A DNA stretch of 64,000 bases from NCBI GenBank assembly GCA_050115675.1, contig JASFQB010000005.1, positions 22,556-86,555 on the forward strand, read 5' to 3'. Both the position numbers and the translations under genes were made by a program. The stretch is from Candidatus Woesebacteria bacterium (lineage in GTDB: Bacteria; Patescibacteriota; Saccharimonadia; Saccharimonadales; EFPC-124). Position 1 is the stretch's first letter, and each line of letters starts with the position of its first letter. Positions 8,866-18,652 of this stretch are shown piece by piece. Under the pieces are notes generated by a model. That model was not told the origin of the DNA and searched no databases. It saw only the letters and a program-made list of their open reading frames with translations.

Positions 8866-9942
8866 TTAAACGTTAAATCTAAATTCTACAACGTCGCCAG
8901 GTTGCATGACGTAGTCTTTGCCTTCTGTGCGCATTTTGCCTGCGGATTTTGCAGCTGTCTCTGAGCCTGCTTTTGCTAGCTCATCAAAATCTACAATTTG
9001 TGCGGCAATAAATCCGCGCTCAAAATCACTATGAATAACACCTGCCGCTTGCGGGGCAGTGTCGCCCTGTTTAATTGTCCAGGCATGGATTTCTTTTGGT
9101 CCGGCAGTCATGTAGCTTTGCAGTCCAAGTGTATCGTATGCTGCTTTGATTAGCTGATTTAAGCCTGGTTCGGTTTGTCCGTAGGCCTCAAGCATTTCTT
9201 TGGCGTCTTCTGCTGGGAGCTCGCGTAGTTCTTCTTCTAGTTTTGCGCACATAAATAGTGCTTTTGCAGGATCTACCAAAGCGGTTAACTCATTTTTGCG
9301 CTGTTGATCTGTGAGAGTTGACTCGTCAACGTTGAACACATAAATTACCGGTTTTGCGGTCAATAGGTGCATGTCGCGAATTGCCTCGTGGTCAAGGCTG
9401 GGTAGTTTGTGTAGAGGAGTGCCTTGCTCGAGGTGGCGTTTTAAACTTTCGATATAGGTTGCGACGTCGCGCATTTTTGGATTGGCTTTTATCTCTTTGC
9501 CAATGCGTTGCAAACGTTGTTCTATTGTTTGTAGGTCAGCCAAAATTAACTCGGTATTAATAATTTCGATATCTGCCAAAGGGTCAACGCGGTCGGCAAC
9601 ATGCACTACGCTGTCGTCTGCAAAAGCGCGAACAACATGAATAACGGCGTTGCATTCGCGAATGTTCGCTAAAAACTTATTGCCCAGGCCTTCGCCCTTG
9701 CTTGCGCCAGCAACCAGCCCGGCAATATCTACAAAAGATACTGTGGCCGGAACAATTTTTTGAGATGAATAAAGATCTTTTAAAACATCAAGCCGCTCGT
9801 CTGGAACAGGAACAATTCCGGTGTTGGGCTCGATAGTTGCAAAAGGGTAATTTGCTGCCAAAATTTTGGCATCTGTAAGCGCGTTAAAAAGGGTAGATTT
9901 GCCTACGTTGGGTAATCCAACAATACCAATAGATAAACTCAT
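8866..9942 (-). CDS. ychF: Ribosome-binding ATPase YchF
   Basis: '[19 protein letters not shown]' P-loop, 358 aa, C-terminal TGS-like '[18 protein letters not shown]'. Confidence 0.92.
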   Translation of the reverse strand: MSLSIGIVGLPNVGKSTLFNALTDAKILAANYPFATIEPNTGIVPVPDERLDVLKDLYSSQKIVPATVSFVDIAGLVAGASKGEGLGNKFLANIRECNAVIHVVRAFADDSVVHVADRVDPLADIEIINTELILADLQTIEQRLQRIGKEIKANPKMRDVATYIESLKRHLEQGTPLHKLPSLDHEAIRDMHLLTAKPVIYVFNVDESTLTDQQRKNELTALVDPAKALFMCAKLEEELRELPAEDAKEMLEAYGQTEPGLNQLIKAAYDTLGLQSYMTAGPKEIHAWTIKQGDTAPQAAGVIHSDFERGFIAAQIVDFDELAKAGSETAAKSAGKMRTEGKDYVMQPGDVVEFRFNV

Positions 9943-10010
9943 AGGGCAATCATAGCATAAAAGGGTAATTTGGTAAAAATTAAATATTATGTTGTGATAT
10001 AATTGTTGCT

Positions 10011-10136
10011 GTCGAATCTTTTGATGATGCTGAATGTTTCATTGATCCTCTTAAAAAAATGAGTTACGAATACATGCCAGAAAGAATGTTTGCTGATCGA
10101 AAATCTTTTCCAAAAGGACCAAGGTCAAACATCTAA
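10011..10136 (+). pseudogene. Relic fragment of a GrpB-family gene (41 codons, no start, no N-terminal domain)
   Basis: Translation 'VESFDDAECFIDPLKKMSYEYMPERMFADRKSFPKGPRSNI*' fits the central GrpB pattern (..l..lGYe.......gR..F.KG), but only this piece is present. Confidence 0.3.
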
Positions 10137-10226
10137 AGCCCTGCTGTGAGTTGGGGCGTGTAATCTTGTTATTGTGGTTATGATTTGTTAGCATAACAGT
10201 ATGGCCATTATTGCGTGGGGAAGTTT

Positions 10227-10802
10227 ATGACTGATTTAGATGCTCAAAAGCTGGCTAATAGCAGGCCTAAAAAAGCTAAAAGGGGCGGACTAAAGCGCTT
10301 ATTTAGTAAGCGTAATGTAGTTATTTTTGTTATTTTATTGGTACTTTTGGCAATTGGAGTCGGTGTAGGATTTTTAGTTGGTGGCTTGCTGAATAAAAAT
10401 AACGATGCCTCTACGGGGTCGCTAGATTTTGATATTGGCGAACCGACGTCTGTTTCAGAGATTAACGACGTAATAACTACTGGCGACACTGACGAAGCGA
10501 CAAGCAAGGTGGAATCTGATTCTAATTTATCTGGTAGTATTGATGGTCAGCTGATTTTGGCAGCGGCCGCCGTAAATGCTGGCAAGACTGATGAGGCTTT
10601 GATTATATATTTAGCCGCGGGCGAAAAGTATGGTTGGCGTGCAGATATGGCTGATCAGGTGGCGTTTATATATTCAACAAAAGGCAACAAGGCATTGGCA
10701 ATTAGTTATTACGAGAAAGAAAAAACGCTATTGGATACAAACGAGCCAAGCTATGATTCTCAGATTGAAATCATAGATAGCTACATTAAGGAGCTTCAAT
10801 GA
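10227..10802 (+). CDS. Membrane-anchored protein with TPR-like C-terminal region
   Basis: Basic N-terminus, one TM helix 'VVIFVILLVLLAIGVGVGFLVGGLL', and a C-terminal helical repeat region 'ALIIYLAAGEKYGW..VAFIYSTKGNKALAISYYEKE'. The stop overlaps the next start (ATGA). ATG 10227 is preferred over GTG 10215. Confidence 0.5.
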   Translation: MTDLDAQKLANSRPKKAKRGGLKRLFSKRNVVIFVILLVLLAIGVGVGFLVGGLLNKNNDASTGSLDFDIGEPTSVSEINDVITTGDTDEATSKVESDSNLSGSIDGQLILAAAAVNAGKTDEALIIYLAAGEKYGWRADMADQVAFIYSTKGNKALAISYYEKEKTLLDTNEPSYDSQIEIIDSYIKELQ

Positions 10803-13036
10803 TTGGGCGCTTTGGGTTAACAAAAAAAATATTTCTTGCTGCGTTTGTGGTGTTTGCAGTTGGTTTTTATGTTGGTATTACGACAAATAAAGCGGAAGCG
10901 TTCCCGTTTATTGATGGCAGATGGCGTGGCTATTTTGAGCGTGATTTAGATTACTATGGTCCGGGTGTGATAGCGGGAGGGCTAAACGCCTCGCATAGTA
11001 GCTCGTATAATATCGATAATTTTGTCAGTGATATCGGAAAGTGTCTCTACAATGCACCTCCGTACGAAACCGCGCGCAACGCGCCAGGCGGGGCGTTTAT
11101 TGTTTTGTCTATGCTTGGGTATAAGCAGGGCAACCCTGCGTGGTCCGATAGTGCATGGGGTGGTATTGCGCTTGCAAGGGCGGAGTTTGGTAGATGGGAG
11201 ACACTAGTTAGGTCTTATGCAAGCAACGGCTATGTGAATTTTAATGCCTATGTTTCGTATACTATTAATACATATCATCAGGGTAGTCCAGGCCCGTTTG
11301 ACGTGGCCTATTACACAGTAGGTACTTCGTACACGTGGGCTATAAGGTTCGCAGGTCCAAATGGTGCAGATTACATAATTAAACACGATTGTGGCAACCC
11401 CCTTGGCGATATGGACGCGTTGCCAGAAGTGTCAAATTACGATATCACTGGTTACTCTACGGTGTCAAATGCAGCTCCAAAGCCCGGGCAAACAATTACG
11501 TTCAATCACTACATTCGTAACAATGGCCCAACTAGCACTGGTACCAGAGTAATATGGTGGGCGGCATGGGAATGGCCAAGCTGGTCTAACGGTGTCGGCA
11601 ATGCCTATGGTACTATGGCGAGCGGACAGCAGGCCTTGGTTCATACAGAGAATTATACTGTGCCAGTAGGCACTGCGCCTGGAACCCAAATATGCAGAAT
11701 AGTTGGCTGGGACCCGGATGATAGCTGGGGGGGGCGTGATGGACGCGGCACTCCTGTGTGCGCAACGGTTGCATGGGATTATGAACTTACGCCAACTGTT
11801 TCTTCGAGCGCAAGTTCTGCACAGCCAGGCGACACGATAACGTTTACATATAGCATCTCCAACTCTGGACCTACCGTGTCTCAAAATACAAATTGTAAAG
11901 TTGTTGGAAATGTTCGCTCATCTGGGTATACGCCATTACCACTACAGGATGTTGACCGTACTTCAGATGGCGACTATTCTCCTCCGTCCACAATTTGTCC
12001 GACGACTGTAAACGCCAGTAGTGCTGTCACTGTTGCTACGGAGACAATAGTAATTGGAGACGAAACGCCAGGTACTAGGCTCTGCCGTTCTTTAGTAATT
12101 GATCCGCGTGATGAAAATGGCGGCGTGCGATCTAGCGCGGAATCGTGTGTTGTGATTGCAAAGACTCCTTATGTTCATATGATGGGCAATGACGTTTGGG
12201 CTGGTGGAGGATTTGCTTCGGTAAACCCAGCGTGCAATACTAGTTCTAAAATACAGACAGTTGCGCACACTTTAGGTGATGGATCTATCGCTGGCTCTGC
12301 TTCAGAGTATGCTGCTTTTGCGCTTGGTAAAATTACCAATTTTGGATCTTCAAACAAGGCTCTAATCAACCCATCTGGCGTAGCTGGCAAGGCTTTAACT
12401 TTTGCAAATATAGATTCTAGCAACCTGGGAAACTTTGGAGCACCGCAGCATTGCATAACAGACTATGTCGCCAAGTATGACAAGGATGTAAACGATGGTG
12501 GTGTGCCAAGCGCAATTGATGTTGGCGCTATGAGTGACGGTACGCAATTAAATATAACTGGGCCTCGATCATTTAGCGGCGAAATTGGCATTGGATCTCG
12601 TCAGGTGTATCTAGTTGAGGGCGATGTTACGATAACGGGCGATATAAAGTACCCTTCAAAATACAATGGCATAAGCGAGATACCCTCATTGGTAATTATT
12701 GCCACAGGAAACATAACTGTTAATCGTGACGTAACGCAAATAGACGGATTATTCGTATCAAGAGGCCAGTTCTTTACCTGTGATGTGCCTGTGGCTACAA
12801 CGCTTTCTGTGAGCGGGCCGTGCGAAAAACAGTTAACGGTCAATGGCGCAGTGATTACTGGTGAGCTTCAGCTACTAAGAACATACGGCGCTGATGGCGA
12901 AAATGATACTGATCGCAAACGACCAGCCGAGGTGTTTAAGTTTAATTCAGAGATGTACTTGCGAAGTGCATTGACTGGCGATAATCCAAATTATCTTCAA
13001 ACAACCCAACAGATAGATTTACCACCAAGATATTAA
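10799..13036 (+). CDS. Large surface protein: N-terminal anchor, unknown globular domain, two CARDB/DUF11-like Ig domains, C-terminal beta-rich domain
   Basis: 745 aa with the signal/anchor 'IFLAAFVVFAVGFYVGI'. Two 'PGQTITFNHYIRNNGPTST' / 'PGDTITFTYSISNSGPTVS' motifs typical of CARDB-like folds. Sits directly upstream of the pilus operon. Confidence 0.5.
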   Translation: MIGRFGLTKKIFLAAFVVFAVGFYVGITTNKAEAFPFIDGRWRGYFERDLDYYGPGVIAGGLNASHSSSYNIDNFVSDIGKCLYNAPPYETARNAPGGAFIVLSMLGYKQGNPAWSDSAWGGIALARAEFGRWETLVRSYASNGYVNFNAYVSYTINTYHQGSPGPFDVAYYTVGTSYTWAIRFAGPNGADYIIKHDCGNPLGDMDALPEVSNYDITGYSTVSNAAPKPGQTITFNHYIRNNGPTSTGTRVIWWAAWEWPSWSNGVGNAYGTMASGQQALVHTENYTVPVGTAPGTQICRIVGWDPDDSWGGRDGRGTPVCATVAWDYELTPTVSSSASSAQPGDTITFTYSISNSGPTVSQNTNCKVVGNVRSSGYTPLPLQDVDRTSDGDYSPPSTICPTTVNASSAVTVATETIVIGDETPGTRLCRSLVIDPRDENGGVRSSAESCVVIAKTPYVHMMGNDVWAGGGFASVNPACNTSSKIQTVAHTLGDGSIAGSASEYAAFALGKITNFGSSNKALINPSGVAGKALTFANIDSSNLGNFGAPQHCITDYVAKYDKDVNDGGVPSAIDVGAMSDGTQLNITGPRSFSGEIGIGSRQVYLVEGDVTITGDIKYPSKYNGISEIPSLVIIATGNITVNRDVTQIDGLFVSRGQFFTCDVPVATTLSVSGPCEKQLTVNGAVITGELQLLRTYGADGENDTDRKRPAEVFKFNSEMYLRSALTGDNPNYLQTTQQIDLPPRY

Positions 13037-13053
13037 AACTTACATAACAAGTG

Positions 13054-13081
13054 TTGGAATAACGCTGGCCTGTGCTATAAT
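13054..13081 (+). promoter_or_regulatory. Promoter of the pilus operon (TTGGAA-16-TATAAT, TGcTATAAT)
   Basis: TGCTATAAT at 13073-13081 lies only 10 nt before the pilM ATG (13092), which implies a very short or absent leader. Confidence 0.5.
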
Positions 13082-13091
13082 CATAAGCAGT

Positions 13092-14132
13092 ATGAAGCTT
13101 TTCAGTTCGGTGGGCGACTTTTTCGCATTAGATATTGGCACGACTGCCGTTAGGGTGGTTCAGTTAAGACACAGTGGTGATATGTGGAATCTTATTAAGT
13201 ATGGCGCTGCCCCTGTAGACATTAGAGTCGCTACAAGCGATGCACCTGAAGATCAGCGTCGTCTTGGCGGAATTATAACCAATCTTATTTCGCAGGCTGG
13301 CATAAATGGGCGCAACGTTGCAGTTGGTATACCTTCAAATAAAATGTTTGCTACTGTTGTCGACCTTCCTGATTTGCCTCCGCAAGAACTGGCAAGCACT
13401 ATTAAATATCAGGCTGAACAGTTTATCCCCATGGCAATAGAAGAAGCAAAGATTGATTGGGCTGTGCTTGGTAAATCTTTTCGAGATCCACACAAGAATG
13501 AGGTGCTGTTGGCGAGTGTATCAAATAAATTTAGCGAATCTCGCTTAGACTTGGTTGAAAGCCTAGGTTTAAACGTTGTGGCGATTGAGCCAGATTCTTT
13601 GGCGCTTGTGCGGTCTTTGATATCAGCAGCAAGTCGTGATGCCCACATGATTATTGATTTTGGAGATTTTTCTACAGATATTGTTATGGTTCTTGATCAT
13701 GCTCCACGATTGATCCGTTCTATTCCAATAGGAAAACAGACTCTTGTTAAAGCTGCAGAGCAGAACTTAAATGTGGATGCGAATCAAGCTAATCAGTTTA
13801 TATTGAAATTTGGACTTTACCCAGACAGGCTTGAGGGGCAAATATTAAAATCACTTGATGCAACGCTTGAGCAGTTTATGGTAGAGGTTAATAAGTCAGT
13901 AAAATTCTTCCAGTCGAAGTATCCAAATGTTGGTATTGCATCGATTGTTTTGTCTGGATATACGTTGTCTATTCCTGCCTTTGGTGAATATATCGCTGGT
14001 AAGACTGGCATGCAGACTATTGCTGGTAATGCATGGAGTAATGTGAGATTTAGCAACTCGTTACGCGATAACCTGATGCAGATGGCGCCACAATTTGCGG
14101 TTGCTGTTGGTTTGGCGGAGAGAACGATATGA
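13092..14132 (+). CDS. pilM: Type IV pilus assembly protein PilM (actin-like ATPase fold)
   Basis: 346 aa; 'ALDIGTTAVRVVQL' phosphate-1 motif and 'IDFGDFSTDI'. Followed by pilN-like and pilO-like genes. Confidence 0.85.
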   Translation: MKLFSSVGDFFALDIGTTAVRVVQLRHSGDMWNLIKYGAAPVDIRVATSDAPEDQRRLGGIITNLISQAGINGRNVAVGIPSNKMFATVVDLPDLPPQELASTIKYQAEQFIPMAIEEAKIDWAVLGKSFRDPHKNEVLLASVSNKFSESRLDLVESLGLNVVAIEPDSLALVRSLISAASRDAHMIIDFGDFSTDIVMVLDHAPRLIRSIPIGKQTLVKAAEQNLNVDANQANQFILKFGLYPDRLEGQILKSLDATLEQFMVEVNKSVKFFQSKYPNVGIASIVLSGYTLSIPAFGEYIAGKTGMQTIAGNAWSNVRFSNSLRDNLMQMAPQFAVAVGLAERTI

Positions 14133-14842
14133 CAACGATTCAATTAAACTTGCTACCTGATGTTAAAAAAGAGTATCTGAAGTCTCAAAAAAACAAGGCT
14201 ATGGTTATTAGTGGTGCAATTTTGGTGACGATAGCTTCAGTGGCTATCAGTGTATTGCTTGTAATTTATGTATTGGTTGGACAGCAGTTACAGATGTCTA
14301 TAATTACCGGTGAGATAAAGGATAAGACCACTGAGCTAAACAACGTGCAGAATTTAGAGAAATACTTAACTATACAAAACCAGCTTGCTGCTTTGCCTGG
14401 TTTGCATGATGGCAAGGGCGCGTACTCTAGAATGTTTACTTTTTTGCCGATATTAAATCCAAGTGCGCCTAATAATGTCAAGCTGTCGGTATTCCAACTG
14501 TCCGCCGCGGATAGCGAGGGTGCAGCGTATTTTACTGGCACGACTGCGACATACGAGAGCCTAAACGTCTTTTTAGACACGCTTAACAATGCGGAGGTGA
14601 CTTATACTCCCCAAGGTTCTACTCAGCCGACAGTAGCCAAGATGTTTACGTCTGCAATTGTACAAAGTAGCTCGCTGGCTTCTGTGAATAATGTTTCGAC
14701 AGTGTCATTTACTATACGAGCTATATATGATCCAGCTGTGTTTGATGCTACAAATACAGACGTAACCGCAAGTGTGCCAAATATTGTGACTACTCCGTCT
14801 GTTACCGGGAGTCCATTATTTGAACAATCGGGGGAACAATAA
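14129..14842 (+). CDS. pilN: PilN-like pilus alignment protein
   Basis: 'IQLNLLPDVKKE' N-terminus, a single TM helix, and a 4-nt overlap with pilM. Confidence 0.65.
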   Translation: MTTIQLNLLPDVKKEYLKSQKNKAMVISGAILVTIASVAISVLLVIYVLVGQQLQMSIITGEIKDKTTELNNVQNLEKYLTIQNQLAALPGLHDGKGAYSRMFTFLPILNPSAPNNVKLSVFQLSAADSEGAAYFTGTTATYESLNVFLDTLNNAEVTYTPQGSTQPTVAKMFTSAIVQSSSLASVNNVSTVSFTIRAIYDPAVFDATNTDVTASVPNIVTTPSVTGSPLFEQSGEQ

Positions 14843-14843
14843 A

Positions 14844-15518
14844 ATGCCAATGCAAGAACAAAAACTTACTGGCGTAAAGAAACGACAACAAATAGAAAGT
14901 GCTAGTCGCACTATGTTTATCTGGGTTGCGGCGGCATCCGTTGCTGTATCAGTGGCAATTGTTGTATCTCAATTTTTTATACAAAAATTGGTCTATAACA
15001 ATAAGGTCATTTCAGCCAAAAGTTTAGCTGCGGATACGCTAAAGAAGAATATTCAGAACGCAGAGATTCTTAAGCAGGGTGTAGATGCATTAGTTGGAAA
15101 CCAGGACTTGGCTTCTGTTAAGACAAATCCTGACGATTCAAATACTAAGATTGTTTTAGACGCGCTGCCAAGCGTAAATGATCCTACTGCGTTAGCGACC
15201 TCTTTGCAGCAAGCAATACTAAGTAAGAGTGGTGTAACTATCGAAAACATAACAGTGCCAAGCGTTATTGCTGATGATGCCACTGCTACGGAAACGGCTT
15301 CAGTGCCAGTTGAGCAAATTTTTAGCGTCACTGTTAGCGGATCGTACGACAAGATTAATGATATGATTTTGGATCTTGAGCGAACAATTCGCCCTATGAA
15401 GATTACAGAGATCAACTTGAATGGTAACGATGCTTCTATGCGTGCGGTGGTAAGCGGTGTTACGTATTATCAACCAGCCAAAACTACAAGCATCAAGGAG
15501 GAGACGGTTGAGCAATGA
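14844..15518 (+). CDS. PilO-like pilus alignment protein
   Basis: Single TM helix then a coiled-coil. RBS GGGGGA upstream of ATG 14844. Assignment rests on position between pilN and pilB. Confidence 0.5.
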   Translation: MPMQEQKLTGVKKRQQIESASRTMFIWVAAASVAVSVAIVVSQFFIQKLVYNNKVISAKSLAADTLKKNIQNAEILKQGVDALVGNQDLASVKTNPDDSNTKIVLDALPSVNDPTALATSLQQAILSKSGVTIENITVPSVIADDATATETASVPVEQIFSVTVSGSYDKINDMILDLERTIRPMKITEINLNGNDASMRAVVSGVTYYQPAKTTSIKEETVEQ

Positions 15519-15757
15519 AAAAGAACGATATAGCACTGATTATTCTTATTATATCCGTTAGCTTGGTTGCAACTTACTTTTTGGCAAAGGCTATCTTAGG
15601 AGAGCCGCAAAACAACACTGTAAAAGCCGAAGTCGTTGAGCCGATTTCTGCGGATCTTACGCAACCTAGTAGTGATATATTCAACAAAAATGCAATAAAT
15701 CCAACGGTTGATATCGAAATTGGAAATTCTGCAAATCAACAGCCATTTGGAAATTAG
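15515..15757 (+). CDS. Small single-TM protein of the pilus operon (occupies the PilP position)
   Basis: 80 aa with N-terminal helix 'IALIILIISVSLVATYFLAKAIL'. Overlaps the upstream stop (ATGA). No family recognised. Confidence 0.45.
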   Translation: MKKNDIALIILIISVSLVATYFLAKAILGEPQNNTVKAEVVEPISADLTQPSSDIFNKNAINPTVDIEIGNSANQQPFGN

Positions 15758-15771
15758 CTTAGGGGGCAAAC

Positions 15772-17556
15772 TTGAGTCTTCTAACAGATGACACTCAGAA
15801 AAAACTCGAAGCCTTATTAGTAAAAGAAGGTCTGGTTAGGGCTGATGTTCTTGATACGTATCGAAAAGAGGCCGCAAAACAGCGCAAATCTTTGGTGACC
15901 TTACTTCTGGATCGAAAAGTTATAAGTAACGAAGTTTTTACAAAGCTGCTAGCGTCAGTTTCTGGTGTGCCATATGTGAATTTGACTAACGCACAAGTAG
16001 AGCAGAGTGTCTTAGATTTGTTGCCTAGAGATGTTGCCGAGCATTTTATGGCCGTACCTTTAGGTGAAGTTCAAAAACGCTTGGCTGTAGCTATGTTAGA
16101 TGCCAATAACGTTCAGGCTGTTGACTATCTTTCAAACAAAATCGGGCGACCGCTTAAGGTCTATATGGCTTCAGAGGAGGGTATTAAGCACATTTTAGAA
16201 CAGTACCGCACGAACCTAGAAGAGGGGGTTAGTGCTGCTGTTGAAACAGCTAACGCAGAAGCCGGTACGGCTACCGTGCAAAAACCAGGCCAAACGCAGG
16301 ATATTAAAACTATCGTACAGGATTCTCCGATTAGCCGAGCACTTAGCACAATTTTAGAGTATGCGGCGCGTGCTCGTGCATCTGATGTTCACATTGAACC
16401 ACTTGAAAACGATTTAAAAATTAGATGCCGGATTGATGGTGTTTTGCGCGAGATTATGCGCTTGCCAAAATCAATTGAGCCAGCATTGGTATCGCGTGTA
16501 AAAATTTTATCAAACCTAAAAATTGATGAGCATCGCATACCTCAGGATGGTCAGTTTGCTATCCATGTTGCTGGTCAAGATATTGACCTTCGTATTGCAA
16601 TTAGTCCTGTAGTTTGGGGAGAGCAAGTTATTATTCGTTTGCTTAACAAAACGGCCACCAGCTTTAAGTTGGAAGAAATGGGCTATGCTGGACGAGCGTT
16701 GCGGGCTATTCGCAAGGGCATTAAAAAGCCCAACGGCATGGTGCTGACTAGCGGTCCTACTGGCTCTGGTAAATCGACTTCGCTTTATGCTTTGGTGCAA
16801 GAGATCAAAAGCGACGCCATAAACATTGTTACGCTTGAAGACCCTGTAGAATACAAGATGGAAGGAGTGAATCAAATACAGGTCAATCCAGAGGTGGGAT
16901 TGACGTTCGCTAGTGGTTTACGTTCAATTTTGCGTCAGGACCCCGATGTTGTGTTGGTCGGTGAGATTCGCGACCGCGAAACAGCCAACTTGGCGGTGCA
17001 GGCAGCCTTGACGGGTCACTTGGTGTTTTCTACGTTGCACACTAACTCGGCGGCAGGTGTTTTGCCGCGTTTGCTAGATATGGGTGTAGAGCCGTTTTTG
17101 ATTGCGTCTACCGTTAATACAGTGATCGGTCAGCGTTTGGTTAGGCGAGTTAGCGAAGAGCGTGAAACTTATCAGTCAACTGCGCTTGAAGCTCAAAGTA
17201 TTCAAGAGACTATTGGAATGATTCTACCAAAAGATCGCGCGAGTGTAGCAAATATTTCTGCCGATCTTGGCTATAAAGACTTGCCGTTAGCTGGTCAAAA
17301 AGCTTATACTTTGGTAAAGGGGAAGGACACGCCGCAAACTCCTGGGGGGTATAAAGGGCGAGTAGGGCTCTATGAGGTCATGGACATGACCGAAGGCATA
17401 CAGAATTTAATTATTAAGCATGCGACAAGCGCCGAAATACAGCGCAAGGCTATAGAGCAGGGTATGGTGACTATGCGGCAAGATGGCTACCTAAAAGCTT
17501 TGCAGGGGCTAACAACATTAGAAGAAGTTAACAGAGTCGCCGCGAATATGGCATAA
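15772..17556 (+). CDS. pilB: Type IV pilus extension ATPase PilB (GspE family)
   Basis: 594 aa. T2SSE_N-like N-terminus, Walker A 'GPTGSGKST', 'DPDVVLVGEIRD', His box 'GHLVFSTLHTN'. TTG start with RBS GGGGG. Confidence 0.9.
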   Translation: MSLLTDDTQKKLEALLVKEGLVRADVLDTYRKEAAKQRKSLVTLLLDRKVISNEVFTKLLASVSGVPYVNLTNAQVEQSVLDLLPRDVAEHFMAVPLGEVQKRLAVAMLDANNVQAVDYLSNKIGRPLKVYMASEEGIKHILEQYRTNLEEGVSAAVETANAEAGTATVQKPGQTQDIKTIVQDSPISRALSTILEYAARARASDVHIEPLENDLKIRCRIDGVLREIMRLPKSIEPALVSRVKILSNLKIDEHRIPQDGQFAIHVAGQDIDLRIAISPVVWGEQVIIRLLNKTATSFKLEEMGYAGRALRAIRKGIKKPNGMVLTSGPTGSGKSTSLYALVQEIKSDAINIVTLEDPVEYKMEGVNQIQVNPEVGLTFASGLRSILRQDPDVVLVGEIRDRETANLAVQAALTGHLVFSTLHTNSAAGVLPRLLDMGVEPFLIASTVNTVIGQRLVRRVSEERETYQSTALEAQSIQETIGMILPKDRASVANISADLGYKDLPLAGQKAYTLVKGKDTPQTPGGYKGRVGLYEVMDMTEGIQNLIIKHATSAEIQRKAIEQGMVTMRQDGYLKALQGLTTLEEVNRVAANMA

Positions 17557-17572
17557 GAAAGGCAAAAATAAC

Positions 17573-18649
17573 ATGCAAGCAGGAAATACGGAATTACGAA
17601 TAGAGATACTCCTCGAAGAGGTTATTCGCAAGCGTGCTTCTGACCTACATTTACAGGTTAGTGTCCCGCCAATGCTACGTGTAGATGGCCGGTTAATCCC
17701 AATTGCAGGTTATCAGCTTTTGTCAGAAGAGGACGTTGAGGCCTTGGTGTTTGCAATTTTGGATGATGAGCAGAAGCAGATCCTGCTTAAAGATAAAGAG
17801 TTTGATTTTTCTTTTGCCTTTGGTGATTTGGGGCGTTTTCGTGTTAACGCGTTTCATGAGCGTGGGAATATGGCTGCAGCGCTTCGTTTGATTCCTAACG
17901 AAATAAAAAGCACGGCAGAGCTTGGCTTGCCTCTAATTGTGAATAATTTTGCAAAATATCCACGTGGTTTAGTTTTAGTTACGGGACCAACTGGTTCGGG
18001 TAAGTCGACTACATTGGCTGCATTAATTGACCAGATAAATTCAGAAAAATCGCACCACATTATTACCATCGAAGACCCAATTGAGTTTACGCATAAATCT
18101 AAAAGATCTGTAGTGGTGCAGCGTGAGGTCCACTATGATACCTATAGCTTTTCAGCCGCGTTGCGTTCGAGTCTGCGTCAAGATCCAGATGTAGTACTTA
18201 TTGGTGAGATGCGTGACTTAGAGACTATATCTGCGGCCATAACAATTGCCGAAACAGGACATCTAGTCTTTGCGACTTTGCACACCAACTCTGCTGCTCA
18301 ATCTATTGATCGAATGATAGATGTATTTCCTCCGCACCAGCAGCCACAAATACGCGCACAGTTATCAAATATATTGATGTCCATTTGTTCGCAGCGACTT
18401 ATCCCTGCAATTGGTGGTGGTAGAATCGCAGCGGCAGAGGTGCTTATAGCTACTCCTGCGGTTCGAAACATCATTAGAGAAGGCAAGTCTCACCAGCTTG
18501 ATGCGGTTATACAAACGGGTGCAGAGCAAGGCATGCAGTCTATGGATCGAACTTTGGTGGGTCTTGTGCAAGCAGGAACAATCACATACGATGAGGCCAG
18601 AAATTATGCTGTTGATTTATCAGAATTCGAAAGAATGATGAGGGGCTAA
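17573..18649 (+). CDS. pilT: Twitching-motility retraction ATPase PilT
   Basis: 358 aa; 'ASDLHL', 'GPTGSGKSTT', 'DPDVVLIGEMRD', 'GHLVFATLHTNSAAQSIDRMIDVFP', 'AVRNIIREGK'. Confidence 0.9.
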   Translation: MQAGNTELRIEILLEEVIRKRASDLHLQVSVPPMLRVDGRLIPIAGYQLLSEEDVEALVFAILDDEQKQILLKDKEFDFSFAFGDLGRFRVNAFHERGNMAAALRLIPNEIKSTAELGLPLIVNNFAKYPRGLVLVTGPTGSGKSTTLAALIDQINSEKSHHIITIEDPIEFTHKSKRSVVVQREVHYDTYSFSAALRSSLRQDPDVVLIGEMRDLETISAAITIAETGHLVFATLHTNSAAQSIDRMIDVFPPHQQPQIRAQLSNILMSICSQRLIPAIGGGRIAAAEVLIATPAVRNIIREGKSHQLDAVIQTGAEQGMQSMDRTLVGLVQAGTITYDEARNYAVDLSEFERMMRG

Positions 18650-18652
18650 TAG

